Origin: Planctomycetota bacterium
GTDB lineage: Bacteria; Planctomycetota; UBA8108; SXIK01
DNA: 64,000 nt
Reading direction: 5' to 3'
NCBI GenBank assembly: GCA_965223265.1
Contig: OZ244999.1
Location: 3,136,001 to 3,200,000 of the forward strand
Made by a program: the position numbers and the translations under genes. The notes under the pieces were generated by a model, which saw nothing but the letters and a program-made list of their open reading frames with translations, was not told the origin of the DNA and ran no database searches. Below, piece by piece: positions 1 through 11,500 of the stretch. The first letter of the stretch is position 1, and each line of letters opens with the position of its first letter.

Positions 1-432
1 CGCTTGCGTCGTCATGTTCTGGATCGACTCTACGTCGTCGGTCTGGAACCCTACGAGACGTTGTCGCCGACGGACGGCGGGCGTGTGATCTGTGATATCG
101 CGCGGTTACGCGACGCGTGCATCTTGCTAGCCGGTGATCGCTGCTACCGCGAGTATCCGATGGAATGGGTCGTGAGGAATCTTGAGAACGTCGGCTTTAC
201 CGTCGACGAGGCTGAACGCTTCCCGATTTGCTATGGTGAGCAATTCATCGGGAAACAGCTGGACGTCTGTGAGCGCAAGCTGCCACGTATCGAGAATCGA
301 GCATTAGCGGCCGGTCTGAAGCGACGGATCGTGGATCTGCGGCGCCAGGCGACAGCGTACTGTCGAGCGCATGGCGGCATCCGATTCGGGATCGACTACG
401 TGATCGCGGCGAGGCCGGGCGAGAAGGATTGA
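1..432 (+). CDS. C-terminal part of a probable class I SAM-dependent methyltransferase-like protein (5' end outside window)
   Basis: Open frame from the window edge to TGA at 430-432. RLYVVGLEPY...RDACILLAGDRCYREYP...FGIDYVIAA resembles the C-terminal half of a conserved methyltransferase-like family. The SAM motif is not in the window. Confidence 0.55.
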   Translation, partial: RLRRHVLDRLYVVGLEPYETLSPTDGGRVICDIARLRDACILLAGDRCYREYPMEWVVRNLENVGFTVDEAERFPICYGEQFIGKQLDVCERKLPRIENRALAAGLKRRIVDLRRQATAYCRAHGGIRFGIDYVIAARPGEKD

Positions 433-519
433 CTGCAGAACCGTGTATTGGATAGGCTCCGGCGTGAAGAAGCTACGACGACGTGTGAATTCAAGAGGAA
501 GTGAACTCAAGGGGACGAA

Positions 520-1059
520 ATGACCGTCACTCCGGTGCGAATACAGTGTTCACGTTTCTTTTGCCGCTCCGCTTCCCTGCGCCGGTGTCGTCGTTCCGTC
601 TTCGGCGCGGCACGACGCAGTGTTTTATTCCGGCGTCTCTTGGTCGTCATCGCTTTTGGAGGCATGCTCGGCTGTTCCACGCTTCGAACGACTGCGCGCC
701 GTGGCGTCGGCTACGCGGAAAACACCGAGCGCTCGTATTGGACACGCGTGCCAGCGACGCTCGGCGCCGCCCTGGGCGAGGCTGTGGCATTTCCTTTCAC
801 TGTCGCCCTATTGCCGTCGTATCCCTGGGCGGAGAGCTACGGCTGGGGAATCGCGGAGCCGGTGCCGGCGGCTTCAGAGGAGGCGCCAGGTGACTACGCG
901 GTGCCGCTCGCCGGATTGCCGAGTGAGTATGCGGCTGGACTCGGCGCCGCGATCTTTGGGGCGCCGTTCGCCGTCCTTGCCGACGAGCCCATCGACGACG
1001 AGGCGTGGAGTCAAGAGTCGCCGCAAGCGCCCGACGTAGAGCTGGTTCGAGGCGAGTGA
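520..1059 (+). CDS. Hypothetical putative lipoprotein/membrane protein
   Basis: 179-aa ORF with a basic N-terminus, hydrophobic LLVVIAFGG, a lipobox-like MLGC, further hydrophobic segments and an acidic tail. Start uncertain. Confidence 0.55.
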   Translation: MTVTPVRIQCSRFFCRSASLRRCRRSVFGAARRSVLFRRLLVVIAFGGMLGCSTLRTTARRGVGYAENTERSYWTRVPATLGAALGEAVAFPFTVALLPSYPWAESYGWGIAEPVPAASEEAPGDYAVPLAGLPSEYAAGLGAAIFGAPFAVLADEPIDDEAWSQESPQAPDVELVRGE

Positions 1060-1202
1060 AAGAGTCGTGGTCGGCAGCCTCGTGTCGCTGAGGAAACCGG
1101 GACAATCAGGCGCGGTGGCGACGAGAACGTTCTTCCGCGTTCTCGATGCTGTCGGTTTTTCTGCGACAATTGAGATTCAAACAGCCCGCGGCGAAGACGC
1201 CG

Positions 1203-2423
1203 TCACTCTGTGGGGGACCGAGTCACCTTAGGGTGGCCGGTGGCTGGATCAATCGCCAGTGCAGTCTCGCCGCGCAGCCAACCGACGAGCGTGTCACCTA
1301 TGAGTCGGCGACGCCATCCCTTGAGAAGTGGGATGTCGCAGGAGTCTAACTGATTCCGAAACGCCGCCTCAGCGAGCCGGTAGAGCTGGCTGCGCGTCGC
1401 AATGTATCCCGGGCTGATCTCGACGTCAGCGGCATGCAGCTTGAGGAGCGATTCCAGCAAGTCGACATGGATCGCGAGCTCCGGATCTTTTGTGTTTTGT
1501 GGTATCGGTGCGGGATGGTCTTTCTTGGGCGCGGAGCGTGCTCTTTCGATGCAGGCGAGCATCTCGGCGCCGCCGCGTTTGATCAGACGAGGATGCAGCC
1601 CACGCATGGTTCGCAGGCCGTCGAGGTGGCGCGGTTTGCGACGCGCGAGCTCGACGAGGACTTCGTCTGACACGATGCGAGCTCGCGGTTTATCGCGGCT
1701 CTCGGCCTCCCGTTCTCTCCAGAGAACGAGTTCCTGCAGGAATATGAGGTCCTTTGAACCAAGGCGCCCTACGCCTTTGACGCGCTGGTAGAGTTTGTCG
1801 AGCGGACGGCGATAGAAGTCTGGGTCGTCGTAGATTTCGAACTCTTCGACGAGCCAGTCGCGGCGCCCGCGAGCGTCCAGCTGCTGAATCAGGTGCTCAT
1901 GTAGTGGCGGGAGATAGTGGACGTCGTCAAGGGCGTATTCCACTTGTCGCTCCGAGAGCGGACGCTTCGACCAGTCTGTGAAGGTTTCGTCTTTTCGCAA
2001 CTTGACGTTGAGAACCGTTTCGACGAGCCGAGCGTAGCCGATACTGTCGCCGTAACCGAGGAACGCCGCCGCGATCTGGGTGTCAAAGATGTTCTTTGGC
2101 GTCGCTCCCAGCAGGTCGTAAAAGATCATCATGTCTTGCTGCCCGGAGTGCAGAACCTTCTCGATTGCGGGATCGAGGAGCAGTGAAAGAAAAGTCGATA
2201 GATCTTGAACTTCGAAAGGATCGACCGCGAATTCTTGCTCCGGGTTGACAATCTGCAGGAGACAGAGGCGGGGGCGAAAAGATCTCTCGCTGATGAACTC
2301 CGTGTCCATGCCGAACCACGAGTAGCGTTTCAGCGACTCGACTTGAGCATCGAATTCCTTCTGGCGCGTCACGAGTCTTGGAGGGCTTACGCGCCGGTCG
2401 TTGCCAGGGTCTTTCTGTCCCAT
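1203..2423 (-). CDS. rnd: Ribonuclease D (3'-5' exonuclease plus HRDC domain)
   Basis: DEDD exonuclease motifs MDTEF, KVLHSGQQD, FDTQIAA, DWSKRPLSERQVEYALDDV. HRDC segment WREREAESRDKP...IVSDEVL. C-terminal GWRRRLIG. Confidence 0.95.
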   Translation of the reverse strand: MGQKDPGNDRRVSPPRLVTRQKEFDAQVESLKRYSWFGMDTEFISERSFRPRLCLLQIVNPEQEFAVDPFEVQDLSTFLSLLLDPAIEKVLHSGQQDMMIFYDLLGATPKNIFDTQIAAAFLGYGDSIGYARLVETVLNVKLRKDETFTDWSKRPLSERQVEYALDDVHYLPPLHEHLIQQLDARGRRDWLVEEFEIYDDPDFYRRPLDKLYQRVKGVGRLGSKDLIFLQELVLWREREAESRDKPRARIVSDEVLVELARRKPRHLDGLRTMRGLHPRLIKRGGAEMLACIERARSAPKKDHPAPIPQNTKDPELAIHVDLLESLLKLHAADVEISPGYIATRSQLYRLAEAAFRNQLDSCDIPLLKGWRRRLIGDTLVGWLRGETALAIDPATGHPKVTRSPTE

Positions 2424-2743
2424 GTGTGTGCTCTCGTGCCTTCGGCTGAGCGATTGCGACAGTGGAGGACGAAGTTTGTCCAGCGAGAGGTACCAGAGTC
2501 TCGTCCGTCAGCTCTTGAGGAGCGAAGCGACGAAGTTGCCCACCGTATCAGAACCAGCGCGGAATGAAAGGGATCAACAAAGTCGTGCCTACTTTCGTCG
2601 GCACGACAAACAGATCCTGATCGTGAAGAGTCTGGAAAGTCTCTCCGTCAAAGGTATTCTGTCTTGCAGAGTCCGAAAACGCTGCACCGACTGTGTCACC
2701 GCCAATTGCGGCGCGGCGTCCGCGCAGATCCACGGAGAGATTC

Positions 2744-5700
2744 ATGAATCGGTTCGTTTCGAGTTGCTGGTTGATCGTGGTCGCTTGTCTTCAGCTTTCG
2801 TGGCTGACGAGCGCTGCGGGGGCGCCCACTGGGCCGCTCTCGCCGCACGAATCCATGGCGCATCTTGACGTCGCTCCAGGTCTCGAGCTGACGCTGTTCG
2901 CGCACGAGCCCATGGTGGTGAACCCGACCAACATCGACATCGATCGACGTGGGCGGGTGTGGGTTACCGAGGGGGCAAATTACCGACGCTACAAGAATCT
3001 TCGACCGCAAGGTGATCGGATCGTCATTCTCGAGGACACGACCGGCGACGGCCGAGCGGACACGAGCAAGGTGTTCTATCAGGACCCGAGCATCGATTCC
3101 GCGCTCGGGATCTGCGTCTTGGGAAAACGCGTGATCGTCTCGCGCTCGCCGAACGTGTTCGTTTTCACCGACGAAGATGGTGACGACGTCCCCGATCGAC
3201 GAGAGCTGCTATTCACCGGAATCTCGGGTGAACAACACGATCACGGTGTCCACGCGGCCGTCTTTGGACCAGACGGTCGACTTTATTTCAATTTTGGCAA
3301 CAACGGCAAGCAGCTGCTCGATCGGAGAGGTCAGCCTGTCATCGATCTCGCGGGCCACCGCGTCGAGGCGGGCGGTCATCCCTACAGACAAGGCATGGTG
3401 TTTCGCTGCGAGCTCGACGGTAGCCGCCTCGAGACTCTCGGCCACAACTTCCGCAACAACTACGAGTTGGCCGTCGATTCATTTGGCACGTTGTGGCAGT
3501 CGGACAACGACGATGATGGCAACCGAGCAACGCGCATCAACTTTGTTATGGAGTTTGGGAACTACGGCTATCGAGACGAGATGAGCGGCGCTGGTTGGCG
3601 GACCAAACGGGACGGTATGCACACAGAAGTTCCGCTGCAGCATTGGCATCTGAACGACCCTGGCGTGGTGCCGAATCTGCTGCAGACAGGAGCAGGGTCG
3701 CCGACGGGGATCTGCATCTACGAGGGTGATCTGCTCCCCGCCGAATTGCATGGACAGATGATTCACTGCGACGCTGGGCCCAACGTCGTGCGAGCGTACC
3801 CGACAACGAATGACGGAGCCGGGTACAGCGCCACCGTCCTCAACCTCATCAAGGGACGAGATCAGTGGTTCCGCCCGGCGGACGTGTGCGTTGCGGCAGA
3901 TGGCTCCGTGTTCGTCGCTGACTGGTATGACGCGGGGGTTGGCGGGCACGACATGGCGGACCACGATCTGAAGACTTTGCGCGGACGGATCTACCGTCTA
4001 GCGCCGCCCGGGCACCGGCGGACCGTACCGGAGTTCGACGTCTCCACCGCCGCTGGAGCGGTGCACGGTTTGAAGTCGCCGAACCATGCCCGGCGTTTTT
4101 TGGCCTGGCAGGCGCTTTCTCGCATGGGAGAGGCCGCGGAGCAGGAGCTGGTGGGGCTGTGGCGGGAGACGAGCTCAAGGCTGCGAGCGCGAGCTCTACC
4201 GCTCCTCGCGCGCGTCGAGAGAGGGGAACGTTACCTGAGCGCCGCGCTCGACGACCCCGATCCAAACCTCCGCGTGGCGGCCCTGAGGACAGTACGGTCG
4301 GTCGGGGAGGATCGAGTTCTCGCCGTCGGGCGCTTGCTGCGCGATCCTTCGCCTCAGGTGCGGCGCGAATGTGCCATCGCGCTGCGGCATCTTGATCGCA
4401 TTGAAGCGCCGAATCTTTGGGCCGACCTGGCTCTGCAGCACGACGGCACGGATCGGTGGTATCTCGAGGCGCTCGGGATCGGGGCCGATCGTCAAGAAGA
4501 CCAATTCTTCGCGGCGTGGCTACAGAAGGTCGGCAAGAAGTGGAACAGCACCGCTGGACGCGATATCGTTTGGCGCTCCCGAGCCTCTGGCGCGGCCCCG
4601 CTTTTGGCGCGACTGGTGCGTGCGACTAGCCCGGAAGACCCATGGCGCTCGCGACTGATTCGCGCCTTGGATTTTCACTCTGGGCCGCAACTCGAGGCGG
4701 CACTGGCGACGCTTCTTGAGAGCGACGAGGTGGACCTGCGTGCCGCAGCGCTCGTTCGGAGCGACCGCGTGAATCCAAAACGGTATTCGAAGCATCGCGA
4801 GCTCGTCGACGCGGTTCTTGGAGCCGTCAGGGGCCAGGAAGTCTACCTCGACATCGTCGAAAAGTTGAAACTGGGAAGCGAGCAGGAGGGCGTGATCGAA
4901 GGCGTTTTGGAGGTTCTGGTCGCGCATGCTGACGCCTCTGCGGGGGCGCGCGCTGCGCGGTGGCTTCTCGATCACGAAGGTGGTTCCGACGCGCTGCGCG
5001 CGGCGGTGTCTCAAGACGACGACGGTGCCGCGAGTCGTGTCGCTCACGCGCTCGGCGGCACACGTGATCGACGCGTCGTCGGGATTCTCGTTCCGTTGGT
5101 GACGGACGAGGACCGCAGTCCCACGGTGACGGGTCAAGCGGCCCGGGCGATGGTACGAACAAAGGACGGTGCCGCAGAGCTCCTCATGCAGGTGCGGAGT
5201 GGCCGCCTGCCGGAGGAGATCAAACCCCTCGCCGGAATGTTGCTGCACAACGTGCGTTGGGACGACCTCCGTCGTGCTGCCGCATCGCACTTACCCCCGC
5301 CGCTCAGCAAGAACAAGGAACCGCTGCCTTCGATTCGAGAGTTGACGCGAGCGACTGCAGTCCCCGCAAATGGGCGAGCTGTCTACGAAAAGAACTGCGC
5401 TGAGTGCCATCAGGTGAACGGTTTCGGCAAGGATTTTGGCCCCAATCTCTCAGAGATCGGCGACAAACTCAGCCGCTCGGCGCTGTTTCGCAGTGTGCTT
5501 GATCCGAACGCTGGGATTTCGTTCAACTACGAAGGTACGATAGTGTCGCTGCGCTCGGGAGACTCCGTTGTCGGCATCGTTCAAAGCGAGACCAGCGACG
5601 ACATCGAAGTGAAACTCCCCGGAGGCATCGTCAACCGCTACGCGAAAACCGATGTCACCGGCCGCGAGCCGCTCAAAACGTCGATCATGCCGGCTGGACT

Positions 5701-5782
5701 GCAGGCCGCGATGACGAAGCAGGAGTTGATCGACCTCGTCGCTTACCTCACAGAGCTCCGCAAGGACACCGTGGGCGATTGA
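2744..5782 (+). CDS. PVC-type heme-binding CxxCH protein (membrane-bound dehydrogenase beta-propeller, HEAT repeats, cytochrome c)
   Basis: Signal peptide after ATG 2744 (GGAGAG upstream). LFAHEPMVVNPTNIDID, GHNFRNNYE and WFRPADV propeller motifs, HEAT-like DPSPQVRRECAIAL, C-terminal CAECH...GPNLSEIG...SIMPAGL. Confidence 0.92.
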   Translation: MNRFVSSCWLIVVACLQLSWLTSAAGAPTGPLSPHESMAHLDVAPGLELTLFAHEPMVVNPTNIDIDRRGRVWVTEGANYRRYKNLRPQGDRIVILEDTTGDGRADTSKVFYQDPSIDSALGICVLGKRVIVSRSPNVFVFTDEDGDDVPDRRELLFTGISGEQHDHGVHAAVFGPDGRLYFNFGNNGKQLLDRRGQPVIDLAGHRVEAGGHPYRQGMVFRCELDGSRLETLGHNFRNNYELAVDSFGTLWQSDNDDDGNRATRINFVMEFGNYGYRDEMSGAGWRTKRDGMHTEVPLQHWHLNDPGVVPNLLQTGAGSPTGICIYEGDLLPAELHGQMIHCDAGPNVVRAYPTTNDGAGYSATVLNLIKGRDQWFRPADVCVAADGSVFVADWYDAGVGGHDMADHDLKTLRGRIYRLAPPGHRRTVPEFDVSTAAGAVHGLKSPNHARRFLAWQALSRMGEAAEQELVGLWRETSSRLRARALPLLARVERGERYLSAALDDPDPNLRVAALRTVRSVGEDRVLAVGRLLRDPSPQVRRECAIALRHLDRIEAPNLWADLALQHDGTDRWYLEALGIGADRQEDQFFAAWLQKVGKKWNSTAGRDIVWRSRASGAAPLLARLVRATSPEDPWRSRLIRALDFHSGPQLEAALATLLESDEVDLRAAALVRSDRVNPKRYSKHRELVDAVLGAVRGQEVYLDIVEKLKLGSEQEGVIEGVLEVLVAHADASAGARAARWLLDHEGGSDALRAAVSQDDDGAASRVAHALGGTRDRRVVGILVPLVTDEDRSPTVTGQAARAMVRTKDGAAELLMQVRSGRLPEEIKPLAGMLLHNVRWDDLRRAAASHLPPPLSKNKEPLPSIRELTRATAVPANGRAVYEKNCAECHQVNGFGKDFGPNLSEIGDKLSRSALFRSVLDPNAGISFNYEGTIVSLRSGDSVVGIVQSETSDDIEVKLPGGIVNRYAKTDVTGREPLKTSIMPAGLQAAMTKQELIDLVAYLTELRKDTVGD

Positions 5783-5904
5783 GTCGTGTCCGCGAGTTCT
5801 GCCAAGATCGACACGGGACTCTTTTTCGGTGGCCTTCGAACGTGTGACGACCGCGCCCTCTTCTGACGCGCTACGCGACCTCGTAAATGCTCTGACGAGG
5901 CAGT

Positions 5905-8541
5905 TTAGTCTTCCGTCTTCTGCGGCGGCTCGAGAGTCGCGAGCAGGCGCCCATCGGCGACGGCCCAAACGCGGACCACGCCATCGTGATCGCCAGCCGC
6001 GACGAGAAGACCGTCCGGTGTTGCTTCGGTGCAGTGCAGGAAGGCTTTGACGCCTTCGAATCGGCGCTGCTCTTTGCCGTCGCTTGCCTTCAGTGCACGG
6101 ACCATGGGATCACCTGAGCAGGCTACAGTGGTGTCGCCGATGCCGGCGAACACGATGCCTGTGACCTGTTTCTGGAACCCGTCGATCGTTCGCTGCTGCT
6201 CACCTGTCTCGACGTTCCAGAGTTTGACAACGTTGTCCGCTCCCGAAGTGGCAATCGACTTGCCGTTTGCTTGCCACGCGACCCCGAGGACGTGTCCCGT
6301 GTGTCCCTCAAAGGAGCGGATGAGTTTCCCGTCGTCGGCGTTGAAGATGCGCGCGAACTTGTCGGTGCCGCCGGTGGCGATGATGCGATTGTCATACGAA
6401 AAGTCGATGTCGCAGATCGTGTCACTGTGCGCGTCACTCGTCGCCCAGACGAGGCTGCCGTCTTCGAGGTTCCAGAGTTTCAGATGGCCGGAACGGGATG
6501 GCTCACCGCCACCGGTTGCCAGGAATCGTCCGTCGCGGCTGAACCGAAGTGCCGTGACGCGGTCGACGAACTCCTTGCCGCTGTCCGGTGATCCGATCGT
6601 GCGCTCGAGTTTCCACTCGCGGTCGAGCGGCAAGGCCCAAACGCGGTCGCCAACGCGGACGCCAGCGTCGACAAAAGCGACTGAGTGGGAGTTGTCGGCG
6701 TCAATCTCTAGCGACGCAATTCGACCACCGTCGCGCCCAGCGTAAAGGTGCAGTCGATCGCCAGCGATGGCGGCCAAGTAACTTCCGTCGGCTGAGTACT
6801 TGAGCTTGGTGACAGGGTTTCGACTCGGCTGCGCCTCGGAACTCGCCTTCTCGAGACGTTCATCTGCAGCCGCCTTGGCCGCGGTCGTCGCCTCGAGTTC
6901 CTCTCCTGCCTTCTTGAGAGTCGCGCGTGCCTGCTTGAGCGTCAGCTGCGCATCCTCGAGCGCCTTCTGGTTCTTGTCGACGTCCGCCTTGGCTGCGGTG
7001 ACTGCCTTCTTAGCTTCCTCTGCCTTCTTTTTCTCGTCGTCAGAATCGCCCGTAGCGGCGGCAGCGGCCGCTTCCTTCTCCTTCAGGCTCTTTCTGGATG
7101 CGGCAAGGGTTTCGGTTGCTTTCTTCTCGGCCTCGACCGCTTCTTTTTCTTTCTTTTCCGCTTCGGTACGCTGAGCCGTCGCCGCTTTCTCCATGTTGGC
7201 GGCGAGATCGGCGCCTTGCCGTGCCATGAGGGTTCGATGTTCGGCGTCGACTGTTCCCCAACGCGTGGCGGTGAGCTTGCCATCCGCAGCGTTCCAGAAA
7301 GTCACATCGCCGTTCGCTGCTGCCGCGACAAACTGGGAGCCGTCGGGATGCGCTGCGAGAGATGTGATGGCTGCCTCTTGCTTCAGCTCACGGACTAGTT
7401 TTTTCGCGGCCAGATCCCACTGCCGGATTCCACCGTCGGCACTCCCGGTAAGGGCATGGGGCTGCCGCTTCTCCCCGTCGGCAAAATCGAATGTCGCGAC
7501 GGCCGTCACCGGCGCGGCGTGACCCTCAAGAGTTTCGGGAGCTCCCGGTTCGGCGTTCGTGAGACTCCAAACATAGACCTTGCCGTCGTCACCGGCACCA
7601 ACGACGGCGTTTGACCCGGCGGCGGCCGCATTGAGCTTCGTGGGCGACGTAATGCTCACTGAACCGGCGTCACGACGAACGGAGATTTCCTTGCCGTCGG
7701 CCGAGACCTCAACGGCTGGGCCCGCCGGTGCTGCGGCCGCGTCGGAACTGGCCTGGGGCGTCGCGTCGCGTCGCCAGACCTTCACGCAGCGAAAGCCGCC
7801 GGAGGCGATGACGTCGCCCTGCGGCGAGAAAGCGAGCGACTGGACGTGATCGAGATGAGCTACGCCAGGCTGCGAGTAGAGTCCAGACTCGAGCAGCGCC
7901 GGATCGGTCAATCGTGTCAGAAACTTCCCGGTTGGGGCTTCGTAGACGAAGATCTGATTCGCACGGGAAGCCGCCAGATACCGGCCATCGGCAGCGAGGC
8001 TAATCGCGAACACCGGCTGCACTCCCGGAGGCAACGGAAACCATTCGATCTCCGCGCCCTCTCCCGTCACGTCTCCGGTGGCGCCTTCGTCGATCCACAG
8101 TTTGAGAAGAGCCAGCTCCTCTGGCGTCAGATTCTTCGCGCCGACGTCGTTGTCCTCCGGCGGCATGACCGGCTCTTCCTTGTGAGCCGCAACTTGAAAG
8201 AGGAGGCTTTCGGCACCCTTGCCGGCTTCCAGGATTGGATCGTTGAATCCACTGGCAAGAATGGCTTTCGGTGTCTCCAGTACCACGTCGGCTTCGGCGT
8301 CGGTGGCGTTGTGGCAGGCAAGGCAGTTCTTGCGCAGAATCGGCAGGAGCTCTTTCTCGAAGTTCACCGGCTCAGTTCGCTCGAGTTGGGCGACCTTCAG
8401 CTCGTCGGCGTGGAGCCTTTCGCAGGGCACAATTGACGCGATGAGCGTCGCGCAGGCGAAAGCGGCTATGAACAAGAGATGCAAGCGGTAGAAACGGCTT
8501 GCGTCGCGACGGCGACGGGTCGGAGATACGAATGAGCTCAT
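5905..8541 (-). CDS. Planctomycete cytochrome c domain plus WD40-repeat protein with a central coiled coil
   Basis: VNFEKELLPILRKNCLACH...MPP...LLKLWIDEGA cytochrome domain. Many WD repeats (GHTGHVLGVAW, SGADNVVKLWN) and an Ala/Lys/Glu-rich insert. ATG 8541 follows the upstream stop with a 1-nt gap. Confidence 0.92.
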   Translation of the reverse strand: MSSFVSPTRRRRDASRFYRLHLLFIAAFACATLIASIVPCERLHADELKVAQLERTEPVNFEKELLPILRKNCLACHNATDAEADVVLETPKAILASGFNDPILEAGKGAESLLFQVAAHKEEPVMPPEDNDVGAKNLTPEELALLKLWIDEGATGDVTGEGAEIEWFPLPPGVQPVFAISLAADGRYLAASRANQIFVYEAPTGKFLTRLTDPALLESGLYSQPGVAHLDHVQSLAFSPQGDVIASGGFRCVKVWRRDATPQASSDAAAAPAGPAVEVSADGKEISVRRDAGSVSITSPTKLNAAAAGSNAVVGAGDDGKVYVWSLTNAEPGAPETLEGHAAPVTAVATFDFADGEKRQPHALTGSADGGIRQWDLAAKKLVRELKQEAAITSLAAHPDGSQFVAAAANGDVTFWNAADGKLTATRWGTVDAEHRTLMARQGADLAANMEKAATAQRTEAEKKEKEAVEAEKKATETLAASRKSLKEKEAAAAAATGDSDDEKKKAEEAKKAVTAAKADVDKNQKALEDAQLTLKQARATLKKAGEELEATTAAKAAADERLEKASSEAQPSRNPVTKLKYSADGSYLAAIAGDRLHLYAGRDGGRIASLEIDADNSHSVAFVDAGVRVGDRVWALPLDREWKLERTIGSPDSGKEFVDRVTALRFSRDGRFLATGGGEPSRSGHLKLWNLEDGSLVWATSDAHSDTICDIDFSYDNRIIATGGTDKFARIFNADDGKLIRSFEGHTGHVLGVAWQANGKSIATSGADNVVKLWNVETGEQQRTIDGFQKQVTGIVFAGIGDTTVACSGDPMVRALKASDGKEQRRFEGVKAFLHCTEATPDGLLVAAGDHDGVVRVWAVADGRLLATLEPPQKTED

Positions 8542-8542
8542 T

Positions 8543-11500
8543 TCAGAATTCCTCTTCGGGTGCATCGTATGCTTGGACGTTGACTTGAATTGTTCGAGTG
8601 CTGGTCAGGTCTCGGCCATTCCATTTGAAGCTGGCCTTCAGGGTAGCGTTATGCGTGCCGGGAGGTGTGTTCGGTGCGACCGAGATCGACAGAGTGCCGT
8701 GCGCGCCTTGTTTTGCAATCGTGACTGCGGCGGCGGCGATTCCCTTGGCTTTCTCCGGTGCTTCTAAGGCGACGGTGACGTCCTCTTGGAGACCGTAGAG
8801 CCGAATAATTTCGAAAGATAGCGGCACATTGGTGTCGCCCTGGTGCACGGTGATCGCGTTGGCGCGTGCGACGAGACCGAGCGGCGACGCCGTAATCGAC
8901 AGCTGCGTCGGCATGGCTGCCAGTTCGACTTTTCGCTGCTGCGGTTCATTGGCCTTCGTCGCGGTTTCGGCGCGTTTCACGGCAATGTCTTTTGCTTTTT
9001 GTGCCACCTCAAGTTGACTGGCGAGTTCGACTGAGAGCTTTTCAAGTTGAGCTTTTTCGGCGGCCAGCCCTTCCGCTTGCGCCTTGGCCTCCTTTGCAGC
9101 AGTTTCAACGGCAGCAAATTTGCCTGCAAGATTCTTTGCCTTTTCGTCGATGCCGGCGCTCGACTCCTTGTTCGCCGCGACGTTTTCTTTCGCAGCGGCT
9201 AGCTCTTTTTCCAGCCGATCGGCCAGCTGCTGGCTAACGTCGGCGAAGGTGCTCATGATGACCTCGAGCCGCTTCTTGGAAGTTTCGATCTTCGTCGTCA
9301 GCTCTTGAACCATCTTCTCAAGCTCTTGTTTTCGTGCGTCCGCTTTCGCTGCTGCCTGTGGGTTGCGCCGGTAGGCAACCTCAGACCGAGTCTCAACATT
9401 CAGACGGTAGGAGCCGACGGGTGCGTTCTCTTTGAGGACGATTTCCATCGGCTTGCTGCTCACGTTGCCTTCGATGGTGAGAGGCTTTGCCTCCACATTG
9501 CCTGGCAAGCCTGTCAGGGTGACCGTGACGTTTCCTGCGAACCCGTCGCGCCGGGTGACGTAAACTGGAACGGACAGTTTGCCCCCGCGCGCCATCTCAA
9601 GCGGCAGACCCGAGCCGACGCGTACCGAGAATGGAGCGGCTTCCACGGCGCTGACCGCCAGCGACAGTTCTCGCGTCACCCGTGCTTGAAGCGTCGCCTG
9701 CGAGGCGATCGCCGCCCAGACGACTGTCCCAGCGCGAGCGGCTCGCACAAGATCTCCGCGTGGGTGCTTGCCGTATCCGATCACGCGGATAGTTCCATTC
9801 CACTGCGGAGCATCTTCCGCTGCGGCGAGGATCAGGTCTGCTGAGTTCTTGCCCGCTTCAATCGTGGTCGGGACGCACTGGACGCCCGCCGGCAGGTTCT
9901 CGACAGCAAGTCGGATCGCTCCGCCGAACCCATCCCGGCGCAGTGCCACGACGCGTAAGCGTTCCGTGCCACCTCGACGCAGAAGTGGGCTCCAGACGTC
10001 CGGCAGGAATGCGGCGCCCTTTGCCTCAGCGTCTGGCATGACGGGAAACGCCACCAGAGAAAAGTCGGGCTGCTCCGGCCTGACGATGAGTCGATAGATT
10101 CGCCACGGATCCTTACTCAAGCCGTTGAAGTGGTCTATGACCAAAACTCGGTACGTCCCGCTCTCCGGGGCCGTGAAGCGGATCGCGGGATCGTCGCTCC
10201 TGGTGTCCCAGAGCAGACCGCCGACGTTGGTCGTGCCATCGTCCTGAGCGCTCACCTCCTGCACCGTTTCCTTTCCATCTTCGGAGCGGGTGATGCGCTG
10301 AAGCACAAGCTGCGGGTCGGTGGCTAAGCCGAGTCGGTGCGAGATGACCTCGATGCGATAGACCGATCCCTTGGTGGCTTCGAACTCGTAAAAGTCCTCG
10401 TCAAGCTCCGGATAGAACTGCCCCATGACTTCGCACGGCGGAGTGATCGTCTGAGATTCGGCCGCGGTGTTGTTCGGCTCCGCCTCGACGGTGACAGGCG
10501 CGGTCGCGTATCCTATACGCACGCTGTTGGAGGAGCCGCTGTCGCTTCGCAACCGATAGTTGAACGAGCCGACACTAGACTCAGCAGGGCCGATGGGGGC
10601 GCCGACGCGAGGTGGTGGGAGTGACTCGACTTGCACGGGAATCGTGACCTCGAGGCGTTCCAACTGACGTTCTCCCAACAACACGTCGGTTGGTTCTCCG
10701 CCGGGCAAGTTACGGCCGTAAACGGCGAATTTCTCTGTGGCGCCGGGCGTGCCCGCAGGAGGGAAGACGAAATCAATCTGCGGCCCGGTGCGGACGAGAA
10801 GTTGGTAGAAATAGTCATTACCGCCCCGAAACAGGAAGTCGTGTAGCTTGATAAAATAAGCGCCCGAAGCTGGCGCGGTCACGTCGAGCAGCGCGTCGCC
10901 GCCCGCGTTGTGGTGCGCACTCGCCAACTCGCGCCCGGCCGCGTCGAGGAACTTGATGACCGCCTCGAGGCGCGAGTCAATGCGCTGCGCGCGACACTCG
11001 ATGAAGACTCGTTGCCCTTGGATCAGATCGATCCGAATGACATCGACGTCCGCGGCCCCGTTGACGCGCCCTGAAAGAACCGACCGCAGGGGGATTGGGT
11101 TCGCTTCTTCGGTAGTGGCATTCGGTTCTTTTTCGATCGCGTGGACGCGATCGTCGACAGCAAAGACGCGCGGATTGGAGACACCGAAGCGGCCGCGAGC
11201 TCGCATTTCGTAGAGGCCAGGTTCAACGTCCGGGGCGATCGTCAGACGAAAGCGATTCGGCACCGGTTGCGGGTCTTTCTCCAGCGGACCGGGCGGTTCC
11301 GCGACTTGCTCCGCCGTGATGCCAGCAGTCGAGAAAAGGAGCGCTGACGTCTCGTCGAGGTCTGAACCTTCTAAAGTGACTTCGACGGTGGTTCCGACCT
11401 GTCCCCCGGGGGGGAAACATGAAAGCACACGAGCTGCTGGGAACTGTGCGCTCACCTGGCTACAGGCAAAGACGACGGCGCACAGGGGGAGTCCACCAAA